Part shown: one piece after another, positions 48,201-60,832 of the stretch | Layout of the letters: each line of letters begins with the position of its first letter | Position numbering within the stretch: position 1 is the stretch's first letter | Assembly: GCA_050230475.1 (NCBI GenBank) | Contig: JBFLGF010000109.1 | Location: forward strand, 1-64,000 | Source of the DNA: Ancylonema sp. | Lineage: Eukaryota | Reading direction: 5' to 3' | Length of the DNA stretch: 64,000 bases | Made by a program: the position numbers and the translations under genes | The notes under the pieces: model-generated | Seen by the model: only the letters and a program-made list of their open reading frames with translations | The model's database searches: none | What the model was told of the DNA's origin: nothing

Positions 48201-51200
48201 TGGGCGTTTGAGGGGTGGGAGGGTTGAGGGGGGGGGAAGGTGATGAGGGATTGACAGGGCAGGGGTTGAGGGGGGTTGGGGGGGGGGTGGGTGGTTTTGG
48301 GGTCTGGGGGTTAGGGGGTTTGGGGGGTGGGGGGGTTGAGGGGGGGGAAAGGGGATGAGGGATTGACAGGGGGGGGTTGGGGGGTTGGGGGGGTGGGTGG
48401 AAAAAAGAATGAGCACGATCCGTCGCGTCTGATTGCGGAGACGCCCTGCAAGCTGTTACGTTACCTGGTGCCACCTGGCAGCCACGTCAGCGCAGACGTG
48501 GCGTATGCGGAGGTGGAGGTGATGAAGATGTGCAGGCCCCTGCTGTCGCCAGCTGGCGGCACCCTGACGTTCCACATGTCGGAAGGTCACGCGATGAAGG
48601 CGGGGGATCTGGTCGCCACCCTAGATCTGGACGATCCAACGGCCGTCAGGACTGCAGTGCCGTTTGAGGGGGGATTCCCCCCGCTGGGCACACCCACGCC
48701 AATTTCCGGGAAGGTGCATCAGCGCCTGGCGGCCGCAGTGGGGGATGCGCGGATGGTGTTGGCGGGGTACGATCATAATGTGGACCAGGTACACGCAAAC
48801 CTCGATAGAAGAATCTTCGTTAGAAGAAACTACGCGTTGTAGGAAACTTTTTTTCTACATTTTCGTCACAACACGCTAAAAGTGGTTGTATATAAGAAAC
48901 TTTCGTAGTAAGAAACATTTCTCTCGGCTTTTTCAGGTTCCTTATATCTGGGTGTGAGTGCACACGGAATCGGATGAGGGACGGGGAAGCCCGGGTGTAG
49001 GGGCATGGAATAGCCGTGGATTTTGCTGGCACTGCAGTGACACCTGTGCCTAGATTAATACTGTGGGGACGGGAGGAATCATCAGATTGGAGAGGATAAT
49101 ATTGTACACGTCGGATTCGATAAATCGGGCGGGAAATACATGTGGTGAACTGGAGAGTAACCTTCACACAGCGTATAGATACTGCATATCGGCTACAAAC
49201 TAGAATGGGGGGGAAATCATAGAGAAAGGGTAGGAAAACTGTTGCGAATACTGAGTGCATGGCTGGGTGCCATTATAACGTGGGTCACTATAATGGGGTT
49301 TGACTGTTCAGGAAACGGGAGCAGGTAGAGGAATGTGATCTCATGCCTTTTTCCCTTTCAGGTTGTTTCTGTTCTTTTGGAGTGTTTGGCGGACCCCACC
49401 CTCCCCTCCCTCCACTGGCAACAAAGAAGTGCCGTTTTGGCCACAAGACTGCCCAAAAAGATCAAAGCGGAGGTGAGGGGGGGAGGGAGAGGGGGAGGGG
49501 GAGGGGGGAACAGATCAGTGTGTGTCCCGTCGATGCTGACGTGGCAGAGGGGGGGTGGGGTGGGTGGTTGGGCGCCAGCTGGACGATATTTTCCGTCGCT
49601 ACGAGGAGGTGTCCAAGGCTATGGAGGGGGAGGGGAGGGGGGGGGGGCACGTTCGTTTCCCTGCAGCAGAGCTGCTGCTGTGTATGGAGGTGAGGAAGGG
49701 GGGTGGTGGGGGCGGTTGGGGGGGAGAGGGGGTGGTGAGTGGTGGGGCCGAGGGGATGCGTGTGCAGGAGTCCTCGGAGGAATGTGGGGGCAGTTGCGAG
49801 GCTGTCCTTCGCCCCCTCATGGAGCTGGCAGAGGGGCACAGGGGGGGGTATGGGAAGAGGGTGGGGAGGGAGGTGATAGAGGAGTACCTGGCGGGGGAGG
49901 AGATGTTCAACCACAGGACAGAGGTACTGGAGGGGAGGGGGGGGGGCTAGGGTGGGGAGGGTGGGGTGACAGGTGGGGTGGGATGGGTTTGGGTTGGGGT
50001 GTGGGTGTGCAGGCGGACGTGATTGAGTTTCTCCGCCTGAAGCACAGCAAGGAGCTGAGTCGTGTGGTGGAGATTGTGGTCAGTCACCAGAGGGGGAGGC
50101 AGAAGGACGAGCTGGTGGGGAGAGTGCTGCAGGCTATAGTGGAGCCGTGTCCCCATCCCTTCTCCCCACTGCTACGCAGGCTGGCTGCGCTCACGGAACA
50201 CACGCATGCAGAGGTGGGAAAGGCGGCAGGGGGGGGGGGGGGGCCCAGACAGGGGGGGGGGGAATAATGAGGCAGAGAGACGATGCTGACAATCCCTTCC
50301 CCACCCCCCACCCCCGCCCCCGGCATGCATGTCGGTTTCTGTCTGCCAGCTGGCACTGCACGCGCGCGGCCTGTTGGAAAAGACCCAACTGAGCGATCTC
50401 CGTGGCAGTGTGGTGAGAAGTCTTTCTCATCTCACGCTCCCCCTGAGAACGGACGCCCCTCCCTCCACCCTCCCCTCCCCCCCCTCCCCCTTGGGGGAGC
50501 TGGAGGAGAGGATGGAGATGCTGGTGGAAGCACCTGAAGCCGTGGAGGACGCGCTGGCGGCCCTCCTGAGCCACACAGACAGGGTGGTACAACAGAGGGC
50601 GGTGGAGACTTACATCCGGCGGCTGTATCAGCCTTGTCTGGTGAAAGGGTCGGTGGAGCTTGGGGGGGGGGGGGGGGAGGACCAGTCCCTGATTGCCACC
50701 TGGCAGTTCTGGGAGGAGAACCCGCCGCTGGGGATGCTGGGGGAGGGGGGGGGGGGGGGGCTGGCGCGGGGGGGGGGGGGGGGGGGGGGGGGGGCGGGGG
50801 GGGGTATGGTGGTGACACGTGGCATGAAGGGAGTGGAGGAGATGGTGGGGAGGGCGGTGGAGGGGTTGCAGAGGAATGGGGCAATGGAGGCGGAGGGGAT
50901 GGGGGGAGGGGATCTGGATCCGGGAGGGGAACCAGATAGGAGGGCACAGAGTGTGGACCTGGTGGGGGGCGGTTTGGGGGAGGGGGGAGGGGGAGGGGGG
51001 GGGGTGGGGACAGGGATGCACCGTGTGCGGAGTTACGTGGGGACGCCAAGTGGCATGGGGAACCTGCTACACGTGGCAGTCATGGGAGAAGAGGACAGGT
51101 GGGATGCAGACAAAGCAGCACCACGCCCTTGCCACGTCCTTGCTTGAGTTTGACGCCAGTCAGCTGATGTGGCGCAGGGAGGAGTCGACAAGTGGCAGCG

Positions 51201-54200
51201 TGGAGAGGCTCCAGGTGGCGGTGCTGGGGGCCCGGAGCACCATGGCACTGAGGCAGGCGGGCGTGACAGCTGTCAGCTGCTTGGTGCCCGGCAAGGATGG
51301 CGCGCCACCTGGCCGATACTGCTTTGTGTGGACGCTGGACCAGGGGGCGTACGTGGAGCACCCCCTGTTGAGACACGTGGAGCCCCCCCTGGCAGACCTG
51401 CTGGAACTGGTAGGCAGGGCACGCTGACGTGGCACTCACCGCTGACGTGGCACTCACCGTTGACGTGGCATCCATTGATGACGTGGCACCCACTGCCGAC
51501 GTGTCGTCTCAGGAGAGACTGGCGTCTTTGGGTCCCATGGAGTACTCCGCCTCCCGTGACCGTCAGTGGCACATGTACTCCACTCAGGAGCCGCCACGTG
51601 GCACCAGGAGGCTGTTCCTGAGGACCCTGGTGCGGCAGCCCAGGACGGGGACCCCCCTGGGGGGGGGTGGGGGCGGTATGAGGGGGGCCGTGGAAGTTTC
51701 CGTGAAGGCGCTGGAGGGCGTGGGGGCGGCGGTGGGGGATGGGAAGGGGGGGGCGGATTCTGTGAACGTGTTCCTGGCCATGCTGCAGGGGGTGGAGATG
51801 GAGGGGGGGGAGGGGGAAGGGTGAGGAGACGACGGATGATTTGCTTTTCTTGCCTGGTCTGATTGGTTGGCTGGGCCGTTTGCCTGCTTGCCTGTCTGCT
51901 TACAGAATACTGCTTTTGCCTTTTTTTTGTATTTTTTGCCCGTTTTTGCCAGATTTTGCCTGGTTTCTCACTCTTTGCCTGTCTTGTTTCGACAAATTCA
52001 GTTTGCGGCTCTCTTTTGCCTGCCCACCTGCCTTGTTTTGCCTGCATTTCCTCCCTATTCTGCAGTTTGACCTCCCCCCCCCCCCCCCTTCTCATCCTCA
52101 CCCAACCCGCTGCGGCCCTCCTTCCCCCCCCCCCCCTCCGTCCCCAGCATTGCTGCCACGTCAGAGGCGTCCGAAGTCCGCCAGGTGGTACAATTTTTGG
52201 AGTCTTTCGCTCTGAGCGTTGACAGGCGTGTGGGCGCGGAGTTGCACAGATGTGCTGTGAGCCAATGGGAGATGAGGGTTCGCGTGAAGGGGGGGGGGAG
52301 GGGCAGCGGGGCGTGGAGGATCGTGACGGCGAATCCGACGGGAGTGGAGGCGTTGGTGGAGGTTGGGGGGGGGGGGTTGGGCGTTGATGCCGCGTTCGTA
52401 GTTTGGGAAAAATACATGAAATAGAAAGCCAATAGATGATCGTTTGACATCAACAAAAAAAAAAAAAAAACTCGTTTTTTGGACCTGTTGTTTCATGTTT
52501 ATTTAGGGCGAGTTGGAGAGAATACATCTCTGGTTAATGATTTTCCGGGGGGGGATGGGTGTGGGTGACACGCAGCTGTATCGGGAAGCCACAGATTCTC
52601 GTAGCGGTACAGCTGTCTACTTCTCGCCGTCATCTCCTCCAACCGGAAGCCTCCACCTGTCCCCCCTTGGTGGACCCTACCCTTGCCTCGGGGGACTGGA
52701 GAAGAGGCGGCTGATTGCACGGAAAAACAATACCACCTTCTGTCTGGACTTCCCCATGGTGAGGGACGGGAGACTATGGGAGTAGTTACATTACGAAGGG
52801 ATCCAAAACTATAGTTTGCAATTGTACGTTTGGACAATTACGGTTTGTATCGTGACGGTCTGTTGTATTATTTTTTGTCCTGACTCTTTTTTTTTTTCTT
52901 TTTTTTTGGGGGCTTCTTTCAGGTTTTCAAAGCGGCTCTGACGCAAGCCTGGGATGCCGCCACGTCAGCAGACCCGAGCGTACGGATACCCGACGCCCCC
53001 CTCCTCTCCTACAACCACCTCCTCTTCTCCGACCCCTCAGGATCATGGGACACTCCCCTCGTAGAGTCCGGAAGTTTCCTGGAAGCTTCCACCACGGTCG
53101 GCATGGTCGCGTGGCGCATGCACCTGCTCTCCCCCGAGTGTCCAGCTGGCAGGACCTTACTGGTCCTCGCGAACGACGTCACCCACGGCGCGGGCGCCTT
53201 TGGGCCGAAAGAGGACGCATTCTTCAAAGCGGTTGCTGACGTGGCGTGCCGTGAGGGGGTGCCCCTCATCTACCTGGCCGCAAATTCCGGAGCTCGCATC
53301 GGATTGGCCGAGGAGGTGAGGAGGGAGTTCAAGGTGGAGTGGGTAGACGACAAAAACCCCACCAAGGGCTTCCATAACCTCTACCTTACCCCGGAGGCTG
53401 AGGGGAGGATAGGGGGGTCGGTTCGGAGCGAAGAGAGGGGGGGGCGCCACGTCATCACGGATATCGTGGGGGTGGAGGACGGGATCGGGGTGGAGAATCT
53501 TTCGGGTTCGGGGGCGATCGCAGGCGCGTTCGCCAAGGCGTATCGCGAGACTTTCACGTTGACTTTTGTGACGGGGAGGAGTGTGGGGATCGGTGCGTAC
53601 CTGGCCCGTCTGGGGGTGAGGTGCATCCAGAAGGTGGACCAGCCGATCATATTGACGGGCTACTCTGCCCTCAATAAGCTGCTGGGGAGAGAGGTGTACA
53701 GCTCGCATATGCAGCTGGGGGGGCCCAAAATCATGGCCGCCAATGGGGTGGTTCATTCTACGGTCGCTACTGATTTGGAGGGGGTGGCGGCGATCCTCAG
53801 GTGGCTGGCCTTTGTGCCAGCTGTCGCCGGGGGGGCGCTCCCAATCGCCACGTCCCTGGATCCGACGGACAGGGCGGTGGGGTATGTACCGGAGACGGCC
53901 TGCGATCCTAGGGCGGCGATCCAGGGGGTGGAGGTTGCGAATCCGGAAAGCGTATCTCCCAAAATCAGCAGCAGCAGCAGCAGCAGCAGCAACAGTACGA
54001 GTTCGCTGGGGAGTGGGGAGGAGTGGGGGGGGCAGGAGGGGGTGCCACCTGTCAACGGGCAGAGGGAGGGGGTGGGGGTGGGGTGGAAGGGGGGGATTTT
54101 CGACAGGGGCAGTTTTGTGGAGACGCTGGAAGGTTGGGCGCCGACGGTGGTGGTTGGGAGGGCGCGGTTGGGGGGCATCCCGATGGGGGTGGTGGCCGTA

Positions 54201-55482
54201 GAAACGCAGACCTGTTTGCAGCACGTGCCGGCGGACCCAGGGCAGCCGGAGACGCAGGAGAGGATTGTGCCGCAGGCGGGACAGGTGTGGTTTCCGGATT
54301 CGGCGGCGAAAACGGCGCAGGCGTTTGAGGACTTCGATCGGGAGGGCCTGCCGCTGTTTGTGGTGGCGAACTGGAGGGGGTTCTCTGGGGGGCAGAGGGA
54401 TCTTTTTGAGGGGGTGCTGCAGGCAGGGTCGTGTATTGTGGAGCACTTGAGGACGTACAAGCAGCCGGTTTTCGTGTACATACCGCTGTTGGGGGAGTTG
54501 AGGGGGGGCGCGTGGGTGGTTGTGGATAGCAAGATTAACCCGGAGATGGTGGAAATGTACGCGGCGGAGAACGCGAGGGGGGCGGTGCTGGAGCCGGAGG
54601 GGATGGTGGAGATCAAGTTTAGGCACAAGGACCTGGTGGAGTGCATGCATCGACTGGATCCGCAGCTGGGCCAGCTGGCGCTTGTATTGAGAGGCTGTGC
54701 GGAGGGAGATGGGACAATTGAGGGGTTGAGGAAACGGGTTAAGGAGAGGGAAGGGGAGCTGCTCCCGGTATACATGCAGATCGCGATCCGCTTCGCTGAA
54801 CTGCATGACACGCCTCAGAGAATGGCAGCCAAGGGGGTGATCAGGCAGATTGTGCCGTGGGCAGAGTCTAGAGCCATTTTCTATCGTAGGTTAACGTTCC
54901 GACTCGCAGAAGAGGATCTAGTCAAGTATATACGGCAGACCGCACAAGGCGTGAGTCGTCCGGAAGCCATTTCGCTGGTCAGAAGTTGGAGTGCAGAGGT
55001 AGATGGTCCACTGGTCAATGGTGCACAGGAAATGTCAAGGTCGGGTAGTGGAGGTAGCAAGGAAACAAGTTCTGTGCTATTGAAGGCTTGGTCCTGGCAT
55101 CGACATCTTCCCTGGCCAGAATCGATAAGTGACATGGACGAAGTGAACAGTATCAATCTGAAGATAGAAGGCTGGCTGTCAGAAGTGCAAGCTAAATCAG
55201 TTTCGACACAGGTTTTGGCGCTGCTAGGGAGACCAGGGGGCTTGAGAGGGATTCAAGAAGGACTTGAAGAGCTTCTATGGACGGTAAGTGCGCATGCACA
55301 ACGGTATATGCTCATAATCTGTCCTTGGACGTTGCAACGATTTGTTACACGCTTGCAAAATTAGGCACCATGACTATAAGTGCTTATGCAAACTCGTTTT
55401 CTCTGTTTCCTGGCAGGCGACATTGGCAGATCGTGAAGATCTTGCTCGAAAGTTAAAGTCGACCGTAGATAAATTTTTGTAG
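42273..55482 (+). CDS. ACC1: Homomeric (multidomain) acetyl-CoA carboxylase, probably cytosolic; ~26 exons
   Basis: BC domain ([50 protein letters not shown]), biotin site EVMKM (~48517-48531), central domain, and CT domain ([28 protein letters not shown]). Exons: 42273-42523, 44232-44403, 44547-44753, 44867-45211, 45514-45687, 45829-45922, 46285-46472, 46678-46728, 46828-46867, 47052-47176, 47472-47588, 47675-47749, 47837-47893, 47975-48166, 48408-48788, 49362-49472, 49579-49689, 49768-49923, 50013-50213, 50350-51098, 51178-51409, 51513-~51820, ~52165-52361, 52576-52758, 52923-55283, 55417-55482. Alternative ATG at 42252. No obvious long transit peptide. Confidence 0.96.
51423..51505 (+). 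repeat. Intronic ~18-bp tandem repeat (gctgacgtggcactcacc), about 5 degenerating units
   Basis: Units at 51423, 51441, 51459, ~51477 and ~51495 fill most of intron 51410-51512. Confidence 0.85.
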
Positions 55483-56139
55483 GAGTACGATCTGGGGGTT
55501 TGTGAGCTACGGCTCCTTCATTTTCAATTCATTCAATGTCATTTTTTTTAGGAAACCCAAGTTACGTCGAAACAGAGCAATTTGTGGCATGCAGATACAC
55601 ACTCTTAGACATGGAGCTAGCTGTTTCCATTACATATTGAGCCAAACAGGACATTAACTATTTTATTGGATGAGTAAGGCTGATATGTGTGCATCTCAAA
55701 TGTCCAACTGTCTGGTCAGCTCCACGTACTGGTGCCCAAGGTTGTACTGCAGCTGCCCAACTTCAAAAATAATAACAACTACCATACGGTCACCAACTTC
55801 AAAAAATGATAAAATGTGATCAATACTTTTTAAAAATATTCCTGAATATCTGCAGCCATGTAGAGGGGGGGGGGGTATCTCGCCGAAATGGCATCTGGTA
55901 TGAGGGGAATCGTAATACCTACTACTGGAGTTCTTGAATCAGAATGGATTACCACTAATGACTATTGCCGCACCCTCTAGTCCGAGCTGCTATAGAATTA
56001 CTGTGTCTAAGATCAAGGGTGGTGCCTGGAGTAGTTTGTCAATCGATATGTATCTTCCATCTGTATCTTACCCTCATGTCTCACTCACTCCGAACTTCCA
56101 AACGATGCTCAAGGTGATTAAGAAAACATATAACTGCAT

Positions 56140-58119
56140 ACCTTGTCATCAATGCTCCACATAGCAAGTATCTGAATGTATGAAATCCTTCGCACATATG
56201 GCACCTGGTCAGATGGAGGACACTGGTCTGATGGATGATCACAAAGCTTCATCTAAAAGGGGATCGACTTCATCGTCATCTGAAGTAGACTCGAATATTT
56301 CGTTGATAGATTTCCGCAGAATGCTCAGTGACTTTTCCTGCAGCATGCACACAGAATGATTCAGTTACCTTCCCCAAAGGACTAACAATAAAAATAACTC
56401 AAGTCACGTGAATGGTCGAGCATAAGGTGCATCCCTAAAATAGCGGTGTATTTCTCATGTAGCATCTCTTGCAAACAGGATATTCTTCGAACGTATGATG
56501 TAGTGTGCACCTGTTTCTTCTTCTTCTTGACGACGGCCTCAGTCTCCGTGATGATCGACGTGCATCGATCCTCCATTTTCTCACAAGCTGATTTCGATTT
56601 CTTCTCTGCAGTACAAATGACGACGTTAGTAGTACAAATGATGACATCAGTTGCAGTCGATACCATAATTTTACGCCACGATACCATGGTAATAGTTACA
56701 TTGTGCGATTTCTTTTATAGAACTACATCACAGACTAGGGTTGACGAATGACTCCGCAACGGTTGGATCTCGAAGCTTACTCTGATGCTCAAGCTTTGAT
56801 CTATGAACTTCCATCTGCTTCTCAAACTTCGTCACAAGATCTGTGCGGACATAACACGAAGCGGAAAAAGTGCATTAGCATGGTTTAGTCCAGTTCATAC
56901 TTCAGAGTCTATGCTCAAAGAAACAATAGTATATTTTCCAAGCTCACTTCTGAAGACGCTGCTCAGCAGCCCGACATCCAGGCAAAGTGTTTCATTCTGA
57001 TGGTACCTTCATAATGCACTCTCATAGAAAGGGCCTACCTTCGTAATTTTGTCGGTATGTCTCCCGTTCCTTGCAAAATTTATCGTAGACCGCCTGTAAA
57101 GTAGCTTCGGTCAAGTCCACCGTCTTTGGATAGCAATTCCACTGGAGATCATGTCGGATGAGGTTACCTTAAACTCAGAAGCCTCATGTTTCATAGAAGC
57201 TTCTGCGTCCTTGCACGTCTTCAGAATCGCTTTACTCATTGCTTGCCTGCGACACGTGCCCAAAGTCTCGGGGACGAAGGAGTTTAGGCGTCCGACATAC
57301 GTGTACGATTAAAGATGGAACTGGACATACAATAAGGAATGGACATCATCCAATGTAAAGGTAAACTTGTTGAAACACTGCGGAATATGCTGCGTCAAGA
57401 GAATTTAGGAGGCGTATCGACTAGGATTCAATCGATATCATCGATGGACAGGTGCAAAAAATCAACCGTTTTGTGGATTCGATATCCACGTCCCTGAGTT
57501 TAGCAATTATGAGTTTATTCAGAGAATTCACGAAGGCTTACATGTCTTTGTCGTTCTGCAATTTCTCGCCATCCACAAGAGACTTGATCTGCTCGAGAGC
57601 CCTGCAAGAGCCCCTTGGATCTAGGTCTCATCCGGATCAATGTCTCACCTGTAAATACATCCGGACACCCTTCTGGACATGCAACTGAGAGCTCTGAAAA
57701 GTGAATCATAAAATTTGTGCGCTGACTCGTCTCTCATTCGTGTCGAACATGAGATTGTCGACAAAAGCTTTGCTCCTCACCTTTGTATGACTGTTTCGTT
57801 CTTCACTTTGACGTCCGAAGCTGCCTTCTCCTTGTACTGGTTCATGGCTTTCAGGATCGTCGACAGCTCACTATCATGCACAGAAGGAATTACAACATAT
57901 TCTCAGCTGAATTGTCTCGATAATTTTGAACTCTGTATATCACATCTGACATGTTAGTCTGGATGTGTGAAGGACCTACTTCGCGAAACCTTTATCTGGC
58001 GTGTTGCCATCTGCAGCTTCAGCCACAAGTGTTTCGGCCTTGGGAATACCGTCACAGTCGTTCTGTTTTGCCTGAGCGATTTCGGAAGCCCGGACCCTCT
58101 TGCTTCCAGCGGAGACCAT
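56140..58119 (-). CDS. Unknown multi-exon gene or pseudogene (charged, helical)
   Basis: Short GT-AG introns join in-frame pieces: VVIPSVHDSELSTILKAMNQYKEK...IQR|ALSCMSRRVSGCIYR|ALEQIKSLVDGEKLQNDKD|MDVDIESTKR. The first junction and the 3' end were not resolved. Confidence 0.4.
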
Positions 58120-59565
58120 GGCTGTATCCCAGTATGCAAACGGGAAATACTGGGAATGTTTGAGAACGACAGAAATATTAGCGACTATAAAAATCACAAC
58201 GCCCACGACGCTCAACAGTATCACCGCGACATGTAACCGGTTGTCACTCGCTGCTTGCTGCGAATCTTGGTCCTTCACAGTGTCCTCTTCAATGTTTTCT
58301 CTCAATGTTCAAATGAAGACCTGGTAATCTACTTACAAGTAAAATTCAAAATTTTGAGAACACGCGGCATATCTGCACGATGCCTAGGCACGTGTGGTGA
58401 TTCCGAATATTATACCACGAATAGCTGACGACGACGAAGGTCCTTCCTGGATAAATATTTTGATGTTTGTAGCGCCGATAACGTTGCTTGTACACACATC
58501 ACGGGCGGCTCATGTCGCGCGCACGTGCATCTCACGTACAGCAACAATTACGTGTTTCCCAGAGGACGAGGTATGGGCGACTGTCCAAATCGACCATAAA
58601 TAAATTACTCCGCGTTCGCACGAGAGATATATACACATGGTCATTTCCTGATCTATTTACAACGATATTATTGCCGACGTCTTCACCTTGCTGCAGAGAA
58701 AAAGGGGGCAGGTTCCAAAATGTTACAAATATTTGTTTATGGTGGATTCAACTTCCCGACATGCTTTCTCGCGCCGAGCCGCGCTACAATTATTGTGCGT
58801 GCATAATTTGGGTGAAATGGTTTGTCACTCAAGTGTAATTGTAAATTGGGCGTGGCAAAACGGGGCGAGGCAAGGACTGGTGAAGCGAGGCGAGGCGAGG
58901 CGAGGCGAGGGCGAAGCCGAATAGGTGAGTCACCGAAACATGAGTTTCGGACATGGTCGGCGCGTAGCCGTATAGTTTCAGAATTGTCGTTCGTTCTCGT
59001 AATGCTTAGGGTCATCCCGTCCCCTTTCGTCGATTTTCGACATGATTTTGTTGTCCCGTGTCGTTCCCTTCATTATTAATTATTCTCATCATTGAGCTAT
59101 AATAAATACGATGTACAAAGTAATGTCGATAGCATGACGTTTCGATGAAAAATTGTAGTGACATGTCGACGTTAGATACACGTGATGTGTTGGATGACTA
59201 ACTTTACGTATCGACTAGTCATTTGCCTTTGACATTTGACTTTATCGGTAGTTCACACACAACTCACGTTACGTAGGAACTCGTTGTCGAACATTTTATG
59301 TATGTAAATGATGCACTCTCATTTATGCGGTCAAAATATGATGTTGTGGGAACATGTTATCGTTTGAGTTGCAATTGTCTAGTTAGCAAAGAACCTGAAC
59401 CACACGCGGCAACTTGCTTTCGTTATCGGCTCGGTGCTCGCGGTATGATGGAGCAATTCATAAATATCTATCATATTTCACGAATTTATTCAATAAAGTT
59501 TATCGACAACGGAATATGTACCAACGGGGTTGCAAAAGGCATAGTTGCACCGCGACGAGGGCGGT

Positions 59566-60350
59566 TATCCGGACGGCACGTTTGTAGTACGGGGCCGCTG
59601 CAATCTGCCGTCCCTTCCAAATGCAAACGTCGTACGAATTTTCTCGCAAACGTCCACAATACGTCCGTGAAATGCGGTAAACGTTTACGGATTGTACGGA
59701 TGCAAACGTTTGCAATCGCAAACGTTTGCGTGTAGTTTTTTAGTCAATTTGAGACTTGAGAAGAAGTCTGAATAAGACATAATGACAAGATACAAACGAA
59801 CGAACGTGAGGTGACACTAGGAGCAATTGGAGGAGGAGGATGTCATGTTGGCACATATCGTTAGGAAGAAATCATGTTTTTAGCATGTTTTCTAACTTTG
59901 TCGATTTTCGTTTAAAAAAACGACAAGTATTGTTATGAGAGATTTGCAAACAGTTGACGTGAGATCTGAACATTTTGTTACATCAATAAAAGTTTGTGTA
60001 GCAACTTTCGGAAGTTAATTCCACGTATGCTAGCCTGTCGATCAAAGCATTCATGCACCTAGACGGGGCCCGTATTCCGTGCGACATATTTTCCGCACGG
60101 GGCCGAGAGCAATCCGCCGTCCCTTAAAAAAAATAAAAGTCGTACGGATTTGCTCGCAAACGTCAGGAATACGTCCGTGAAATGCGGTAAACGTGTACGG
60201 ATTGTACGGATGCAAACGTTTGCGATCGCAAACGTTTGCGTGTACCTTTTTTTTTAACTTTTAAAAAGTTTCACAAAATATTTGGTTACGTTTTAATGGT
60301 GAACGTCATGAACCAATGATGACGAGTGTTACAAACTTTCGTGCTTCAGA
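59566..60350. repeat. Duplicated ~105-bp GCAAACGTT-rich unit, probable DNA-transposon end
   Basis: 59629-59734 and 60139-60244 are near-identical direct repeats, related to 10617-10890. Confidence 0.75.
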
Positions 60351-60832
60351 TACCGGAAGTGTACTACGGTATAACCTGTCTAAAGGGGTATGTTGGGATG
60401 TATAAAAAAATCGTGTACTTCGTTTGCGATGCACAATTCGGAAAAAAATAACTTCTTTGCATCACAAATATTTTTCTTGCCTACCAAAAACAAATGTCCG
60501 TATTGTTCATTGTTCCAACCGTCCATTGCTTTTACTCCATGTCCAACCGAATGTGCGTGTCCGGTGTTGCTTTGTAACAACCCTAATACCTCTCCAACTC
60601 TCCTCGTAAAGTTTTGTGGTATATTTTGTCCATCCGCATGTATTGGTATCATGACGCATTTGTATAGCTCGTATATCAACACACACGCTGACTTGGATAA
60701 TTATGCCGAGGCAACTTACTAAAGGAAACACATAATAAACACATTTGCTAATTCACTTTGCTTCATTCGCAAAGTCCCTCGATACACGGACATAGATTTC
60801 AAATTATAGTCGTAAAGGTCGTTATATAACAA

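Noticed and set aside
51423..51505. Regular repeats resembling a CRISPR array (also 61507-61770)
   Set aside because: No unique spacers, eukaryotic intron or LTR context, and no cas genes.
53157..54811. 549-aa and 352-aa minus-strand ORFs
   Set aside because: They are antisense to the GC-rich ACCase CT exon, and stop-codon scarcity explains them.
58864..58915. (gaggc)n tract, and (gcttga)n at 6492-6542
   Set aside because: Short simple repeats with no supporting context.
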